Positions 55,637 to 64,000 of a stretch of 64,000 nt of DNA are shown piece by piece. The notes below the pieces were generated by a model. It saw nothing but the letters and a program-made list of their open reading frames with translations, had not been told where the DNA came from and did not search any database. How positions within the stretch are numbered: position 1 is the first letter of the stretch; each line of letters begins with the position of its first letter. The DNA lies in assembly GCA_964016885.1 (NCBI GenBank), contig OZ024742.1, positions 61,318,001-61,382,000 on the forward strand, read 5' to 3'. Source of the stretch: Eledone cirrhosa. Lineage: Eukaryota. Both the position numbers and the translations under genes were made by a program.

Positions 55637-57144
55637 GAGAGATAACATGGCGGAAATTAAATGCCGTAAAAACTTTAGAAGTTCAAATTGTACTATACCA
55701 TCAATATGTGTGTACGTATACATATATGCAGGAAACAAAGAAGAGAAGATATCTTTCTTAAAGATGCTCTTTAATACATTCATTCACATATGCCATGTTA
55801 ACATTTACAGATGCAAAAGATAACAAAATCGATATGCACTACTAGAAAATATTTTTACTTTTCTCCTTGTAATATTTATTGAAAAATAGCATAATGGCAT
55901 TTATAGACTTCTCATGAATATTAGTGTTCCTACTCGCCCGTGAACTTATGTGTTCACTTTAATTATTGTATATAACAGACTCATTAATTTCTTTAATTTT
56001 TTTTAATTTTTCGCTGGTTTCGGTCATTCCTGTCAAGCTGTAAATTATTGGCTTAATTCTTAATGCGTCAGACGCAGTTTCTTCCGGTATACATATTCCG
56101 GCCCATTGCGTTATTCGTTTGAATCCTGTCTTCACACATGTTTAGTCATTCTTATCAATTCTCATTAACTATGTCAATTTCGTACTCATTTCGTCAATAT
56201 CTATTCATAGAAATCACCAAGTTAGTTGTTTTTTTTTCTCATCCATTTAGCCTATTTAATCTCTAAAATATGTAGCTTCTTTTGCAGAAACTTAGAGGAC
56301 ATTGCGCCAAAATGCCCCGTGCGCAGTAAGATTGAACCCGTAATCATATAGGTTCGAAGCGAAGTTTATAACCACACGGCTATGCGAGACTTAGATCTGT
56401 GGGCGACCAACTCCGCTCTGATAGTTGTGAGTAATGATGGAATCTGAGGTCCAAGTACGCTGCAAGTCTCCACTAATACAGGTTCTACCACAAACCTATC
56501 GGAGATCGACTGTTATTATTGCGATATTTTCCTGAATGCGCCCTTTGCCATTTGATTAGTATCAATGCTTTAATATTCCATTTAACACCAACATGTCTGC
56601 AATATAATTCTTTCTAGAAATTATTAATCGTTATAAAGCGGGTGGATTCTCTCAATGTTTTGGGTTTTCTGTGTCACTCTTTCGGCATTTCTTTCTCTAC
56701 ATTGTATCTCCTTCTTTAACAATTCTTCTATCTATTGCTGTCAAATATTTTGCACTAAATACTCTACATTAAAGTCAACGTTTTCAATTTATATCTCATA
56801 TAACTAAAGAACTAATAGAACAAATGTAAGAAAATATTCTATTCCAGTTATCTCAAACTATCTTGGGAGCGATTTCATCAACACAAGTTAAATAACAACA
56901 CGAATTATAAGAAAACATAACTGTATCCTAGTGTCATCTGGAATAATTCCAGGAATGCTTATTTAAACTATAATTACTGAAACTTAAGAATACAACAGAG
57001 CAAACAAAACAAACCGAAGCAGAAAACAAAACATTTTAGTTAGAGATACTAATTTACACATAAAGTTTCACATTTGCAAAACAAAAGGAAACGCATAATC
57101 AATATATTGTATTCATATATTACAAACACTTTAATATTGAGTGT

Positions 57145-57524
<380 letters not shown>

Positions 57525-57526
<2 letters not shown>

Positions 57527-59488
57527 AACGAGTAGGACCCCGACGGCTGAGCTCAAGCCGTTTCGACGGCTAATTCTGGACTAAATGAACATTTTTATCC
57601 TGGTATTTGAATAGCCGAGCTTCTCAAGGGGTAATTCCATATATGGTCAAAGTGATTGTCACAGGGCTAGGTCAAAAGTTAGTAGTTGAGACATAATAAT
57701 TCTATGATGGCAATTAGTGGAGCGATGGGGTAGCTAAACCTGCCAGTAGAGGCCAAAATACTAAAAAGACTACCACGAAATAATAAAAGTTTCTACCCCA
57801 GGCACAAGGCCAGCAACCATCCAGTGCAAAAAAGTAAACTAATACGAAATAATAATTCAGAGTCCCGAAAAAGAATACTAATGCTATCTCTAAGGATGCC
57901 GCCACAATACACAAGTTCTAGTGCAAGCTACATAAAAGCTCGTACGAAGTAAAAGTAAAATTTGATACGGAAAATTAATTCAGTGTTTACATGCAGTAAC
58001 CAGTTCATCTTTCTTGTTTAGGAGTTGGTCCGACGAAAACAGCATTTGTAAAGTTTCCTCCGAGCATAAATTGCACGGACGGCGTCCTCCCGTGTAATAG
58101 TTGGCTCTGAACAGTAATCTCCAAGTGAGATCATAGGTAATGTTGTTATCCTTGAGGTCCCATATGTGGCCCGAAAGTGTAGTGGCGTGACGCCGGGCCG
58201 GGTTTCGGAAGGTATGTCTGTGTTGGTATAGCCGCGTCTTGAAGTCACATGCGGTTAATCCTATATAAGCTTTGTTGGAGGTGTCAGTCCTCACGTTGCA
58301 CTGGTAGATCACATTACGATCTCTGCATCTGTTGTCGAGGGGGCAAATGGATCCATCAGGACAGTTGCACCTGCTGGTCGGCTCTCCACTGCTATTTAGG
58401 TTATTTCTTACATCAGGGTTGAGTTTTTTGTTGTTGGAGGAGACGATGTTTTGTGCAAAGTTTGGTGTAGTGCTGTAAGAGAGTTTGATGGTATTTTTGT
58501 TAATTATGTTGTGGTAGCGGTGTTGTAGTGGGAAGTGTTTTTCAATGAGCCTAAAAAATATTTTCCCGATAGGAATTGTCACCTCGGCGTTGTGGGGAGG
58601 ATTGAACCATGTTACATTGCGTGAGCGGCGGTGTCGCCTGCTGGTTCCGCTAATGGGAGCTGGACAGTAGGATATTTCCTCCCGGAAACCACCTCGGTTG
58701 AGGGCCTGGTTGTAATAAGTATTCTTTTTCGGGACTCTGAATTATTATTTCGTATTAGTTTACTTTTTTTGCACTGGATGGTTGCTGGCCTTGTGCCTGG
58801 GGTAGAAACTTTTATTATTTCGTGGTAGTCTCTTTAGTATTTTGGCCCCTACTTGTTGACCCGTCACCTTAAGATATACTCGGTTTATTTACTTATACCT
58901 CTTAAAAGGGTCTCATTTTAATTCCGTCCCACCTAGTATTTTTCTTTAGCCTAGCAATAGTGAGAGACTTAGGTCGTAGTAACCAGAATTTGTTTATTTA
59001 TTTTTACATTTATTCGCTTTTTAACACTCTCAGTATTTTTCTATATATTTACCCCTCATTGTTCTACTTACTGTTTCGACTTCCTCCCCCTCCCCCTCCC
59101 TAGTATCTTCTTTGACCTCACGCCCAGCTGTAGCCAGCTATCGATGCATGAATGGGTCTCCTCCACCCCCTCTCCCTCTTTCTCCTACTGGCAGGTTTAG
59201 CTACCCCTTCCCTCCACTAATTGCTATCATAGAATTATTATGTCTCAACTACTAACTTTTGACCTAGCTCTGTGACAATCACTTTGACCATATATGGAAT
59301 TACCCCTTGAGAAGCTCGGCTATTCAAATACCAGGATAAAAATGTTCATTTAGTGCAGGATTAGCCGTCGAAACGGCTTGAGCTCAGCCGTCGGGGTTCT
59401 ACTCGTTCCTATTACCCACTCTACTACCCTAAGTATTGAGTACTTTGGTGCGTTATGGTCCACCTGGTTCCTTACCACATTTCTTCCG

Positions 59489-59490
<2 letters not shown>
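57525..59490 (-). mobile_element. 5'-truncated Penelope element (family A) with GIY-YIG ORF end and inverted pLTR
   Basis: Open frame ~58720-57980: YYNQAL..GF, WFNPP, IGK.F, KLSYS..PN, CNC....CPL...C, VIYQC.V...KAYIGLT...FKTR...H, LSGHIW.LK, C.LC.EE, LLNKK.EL...CKH. 57525-57880 is inverted at 58720-59410. Confidence 0.92.
59302..59397 (+). ncRNA. Type I hammerhead, U3-A8 variant with long stem II (mirror copy 57537-57632, minus)
   Basis: acccc-TTGAGAA-gct-cggcta..tagccg-tc-GAAA-cggct-tgagctc-agccg-TC-ggggt. Confidence 0.8.
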
Positions 59491-59579
<89 letters not shown>

Positions 59580-59668
59580 AAGGTAAGTTATTCCAGGTTG
59601 AATCGGAAGTAACCACAGTAAGTAAGGTACTCAATACATAGCAGAGTATAACAATTTTAATATAGATG

Positions 59669-59719
59669 AGATTCTACAGGAATAGAACTGTTTCATTCTT
59701 TAGAAATCATCAGAAATCT
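59669..59719 (-). ncRNA. Type I hammerhead (family D relative)
   Basis: agattt-CTGATGA-t-ttc-taaa-gaa-t-GAAA-cag-ttctattc-ctg-TA-gaatct. Confidence 0.8.
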
Positions 59720-60347
59720 GGCTTTCCAAAATAAATGTTGTGGTATGTATATCTTTTCAGGTCGTAGGAGAGGGTGGGGAGTGGGATGGGTGAAGGTCAT
59801 TAGTTGAAAGAAAAGGGATTTCATTAAAAGCTAATTCTTTAAGGCTATAATTTATATTTAGAGTGACAAAGACAGAATTAATTCTATAAACAAGTTCAAA
59901 ATGGGGTGCCAATCCTTATTTTTAAGTTTCTCTTAAGCTAACAATGCCTATATTTCAGGCGTCTATAAGATGGTTAGGGGTCGGTCATGGTTGATGGATT
60001 TAAAGAAAAGTAAAATGCTTTAAAAGCTAATTCTTTAAAGCTCTACTTAGAGTGACAAAGGCCAAGAGGATTCTATAAACCAGTTCAAAATATTTGTTCC
60101 ATTCGGAAAGCATGTTTATTCCCTTTCAGAAACTAATTAGTTGGAGTGAAATTTTAGTAAGTAAGTTAATTTTTATAATTTTCTTATTTTAAGTCTTTCA
60201 TATTATTGTTCTGCATCCCCTTGCATTGAACCACAAATTTACTAAGACAAAACCTATATATTTGCTAGCATACGTATGCATCTGTATATATATGTTGGTA
60301 GATATACTAATTCTTCATATATATATATATATATAAATATATATATA

Positions 60348-60468
60348 TAACGAAGGAAATGTGGTAAGGAACCAGGTGGACCATAACGCACCAAAGTACT
60401 CAATACTTAGGGTAGTAGAGTGGGTAATAGGAACGAGTAGGACCCCGACGGCTGAGCTCAAGCCGTTT

Positions 60469-60470
<2 letters not shown>
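60348..60470 (-). mobile_element. pLTR family A terminal fragment
   Basis: Reverse complement of ~59372-59490. Confidence 0.8.
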
Positions 60471-60509
<39 letters not shown>

Positions 60510-60512
<3 letters not shown>

Positions 60513-61168
60513 CGTATCTCCAAGGAAATACGGTTTTAGGAAGCCGTAGCTATGCAAACACCGGGGGGCTAACGCCCTCTGGTGACGTCCAGCAGAAGCA
60601 AGGGGATCAACCGTCTATGCATTTCAGGCTTAACTGGCCTTCGTCAGGACGGTCCCTCCCACCGCTTGCGACTGCTGGACTAGAAGACAGCCGAGAAAAT
60701 ATACTTTTCTCGTCTGTGTAAATGAGGTGATTAAATCCCCCGGTGTTTGCATAGCTACGGTTTCCTAAAACCGTATTTCTTTGGAGATACGAAATATTTG
60801 TAAATATTGTATAAAGCTATGCTTGAAGCGAAATCTTGTTTCTTTTTTATTATAAGTTGAGCCAACTTATGCCGCTTCACATGCACATGAGATTAATCAC
60901 ATCATTTACACAGACGAGAAAAGTATATTTTCTAGGTTACTTCTAGTCCAGCAGTCGCAAGCGACGGGAGGGACCGTCCTGACGAAGTACAGTTAAGCCT
61001 GAAATGCATAGACGGTTGTCCTCCTTCCTTCTGATGGACATCACCAGAGGGCGTTAGCCCCCTGGTGTTTGCATAGCTACGGCTTCCTAAAACCGTATTT
61101 CCTTGGAGATACGAAATATTTATACATATTGTATAAAGCTATGCTTGAAGCGAAATCCTATTCCTTTT

Positions 61169-61170
<2 letters not shown>
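60510..61170. mobile_element. Inverted plus tandem pLTR family F with hammerheads at 60610-60653 (-) and 60973-61016 (+)
   Basis: accgtc-CTGACGA-aggc-cagttaa-gcct-GAAA-tgca-TA-gacggt. Confidence 0.85.
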
Positions 61171-61202
<32 letters not shown>

Positions 61203-61340
61203 CACATACATACACATATATATATATACGCATATATATATATGTACATACATATAAATATACACATATACAAACATATACAAACACATCTACAGAAATA
61301 CACATATATACACATATACAACATACATGAATACACATAC

Positions 61341-61419
<79 letters not shown>

Positions 61420-61494
61420 CATACATATATATATATATCTAACTATATATATATATATATATGCATATGAATATATATATATATATATACATAT

Positions 61495-61628
<134 letters not shown>

Positions 61629-61665
61629 CACACATACATACACATACAGATATATATACATATAT

Positions 61666-61762
<97 letters not shown>

Positions 61763-61797
61763 CATACACATACATATATATATATACATATATTTAC

Positions 61798-61828
<31 letters not shown>

Positions 61829-61837
61829 CATATACAC

Positions 61838-61887
<50 letters not shown>

Positions 61888-61936
61888 CTGTTGAAAATTG
61901 TCAACAGTTGAAAATTGCAAACTTGACTGTCACCAC

Positions 61937-61971
61937 AACCTGAAGATTGCGAAAGCATGAAAGTACTTGTT
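61937..61971 (+). ncRNA. Minimal type I hammerhead
   Basis: aac-CTGAAGA-t-tgc-gaaa-gca-t-GAAA-gtac-TT-gtt. Confidence 0.7.
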
Positions 61972-62382
61972 CAATTAACACTTAGAATTTAATATTCTAT
62001 CATACTATTTCATTATAATCCCATTATAACTGTTAAAGGATTGTAAATAAAACGAGTAAATCAGATAAAGTTGGAATTCCTCTTATTAATATAATCTTCT
62101 ATACACAATCATACACACCCGTGTATATTTATCTATCTATCTATATATATATATATATATACATATACATACATATATATATACATATACACATACATGT
62201 ATATATATATATATATACACACAAACATACACATACATGGAGGTACATGTGAACGCACGTACACGCATCGATATGCAAATAAACGAACTCATACAAATAC
62301 ATACAAACATGTACTCATAAATATACGCATATACACAGGCACATAAAAACAGCTCTACAAGCAGAAAATGCAAATAGGTAAC

Positions 62383-62515
<133 letters not shown>

Positions 62516-62677
62516 TGTGTGTGTGTGTGTGTAGTAAATTTATATATATATATGTGTGTATGTATACATATATATATATATGTGTGTGTGTGTGTATGTA
62601 TAATAAATTTGAAGCCTAAAATCCGGTTGCAACGTTTTTTGAAATATCCACTTCTGCGTTTACAGATTGACTTTGTT

Positions 62678-62728
62678 AGTTTCAGAAGATCCCGTTAAGG
62701 GTGAAAGCAGCGATTCTTTGCTCAAACT
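62678..62728 (+). ncRNA. Hammerhead candidate with CAGAAGA core (family C)
   Basis: agttt-CAGAAGA-t-ccc-gttaa-ggg-t-GAAA-gcag..ttgc-TC-aaact. Confidence 0.65.
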
Positions 62729-62748
62729 TTAATCTGTTATTTTAATAA

Positions 62749-62833
<85 letters not shown>

Positions 62834-63304
62834 TGTGTGTCTGTGTGTGTGTGTGTGTGTCTGTGTGTGTGTGTGTCTGTGTGTGTGTCTGTGTGTGTGT
62901 GTGTGTGTGTGTGTCTGTGTGTGTGTGTGTGTGTATACACACATACACACATATATAAAAATTTAGCCTGAACATAGCTGTATACATATATGTATGGGAA
63001 TTTCGTATATCTAAAGATATACGGTTTGTTTAATATATAAACATTTGAAAGCCAAGCTATGAATATTACAAGGCTGACTGCTAGCACTGTCTAGCGGTTC
63101 CCAGCAGATGCAGCGAGGAGTAACTACCTAAGCCTATTCAATTGAAAAGCATAGGACGGCAAATCTCTTCACTGACTTACGAAATAGTTCTACCTGTAAG
63201 CTGCCGGATACGTGATAGTTGTCATAGTAGGTGTGTTCAGCAATGTAGAGTGATTTTTATTTTTAAATATGGCAAAGCCGGCCATTGATCGCTCGTATAC
63301 AGGA

Positions 63305-63416
63305 AACTGACTGGCCAGTCTGCTGATATGCAAATCTGGCTGATCAGTGGATCTTCTAATATGCAGATCTGACTGATCAACCAGTCTGCTAATATGCAAA
63401 TCAGGCAGATCAGTCA
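63305..63416. repeat. Degenerate ~33 bp minisatellite
   Basis: Repeating ctgactgatca..ccagtctgctaatatgcaaatc. Confidence 0.65.
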
Positions 63417-63799
63417 CTGTTTATTTTAGAAAAAATATTTTTTCACTAGCTCTGACAGTTAGCAGGTTAACAGTGAACTGTTATGATGAAGGGTAATGCC
63501 CAGAAATATTAGTGTCTGCAGTTCTGTTTACATGCCAACACAAGAGCAAGAATGAGGGGCTCATTCTACTGACATGGCTTTAAAAAAAGAGGCTTGTTTA
63601 CATAATTGCAAAAGAATCGAATATTATCATTAATATTCGAAAATCTCAGATTACATTTATATATATATATATAAAGATTAAGTAGCACCAAAGAGTCAAT
63701 ATGCTATTAAACTAACACATGCTTGAACCCCATTGCATCGAGCTTGAAACCCTCTGGTAAAGTTTATATCGAATATATATATCAGCAACACTGATATTA

Positions 63800-63900
<101 letters not shown>

Positions 63901-64000
63901 GATAAATACACCAATTAATGATATGGTCCAAGCCTTATGAAGAACTCAATGTAATCCGTATGTCGAAGATGTCGTGAAGCAAAGTTTAAAATACAAAATT

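Noticed and set aside
63305-63416. CRISPR-like or coding repeat (DLHISRL..)
   Set aside because: It is a degenerate minisatellite with no unique spacers, in a eukaryotic context with no cas genes.

Overview
AT-rich, microsatellite-dense eukaryotic (animal) DNA. The SINE, LINE and microsatellite repertoire looks like an octopod cephalopod, which is an inference. I found no host gene exon I can support, and nearly all listed ORFs are translations of (TA)n, (CA)n or (GA)n. The window is a mosaic of transposons inserted into (TA)n tracts: one near-full-length RTE LINE plus a twin-primed fragment of it, a Tc1/mariner (rosa/Visitor-like) element, four Helitron pieces, tRNA-derived SINEs, a CR1-like fragment, and many Penelope-like element (PLE) remnants (RT, GIY-YIG, palindromic or tandem pseudo-LTRs). 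Reading both strands by eye gives about 25 hammerhead ribozyme (HHR) motifs or degenerate candidates from roughly a dozen PLE-type repeat families, several with compensatory changes. The most striking observation is in two sequence-unrelated repeats (10.1 kb minus strand; 42.8-43.9 kb plus strand, three copies). They carry all hammerhead core parts in a strand order that is not type I, II or III, with five clearly covarying helices (a sixth is weaker) predicting a double-pseudoknotted, permuted hammerhead-like RNA. All structures were folded by eye, and no activity or database search was performed.
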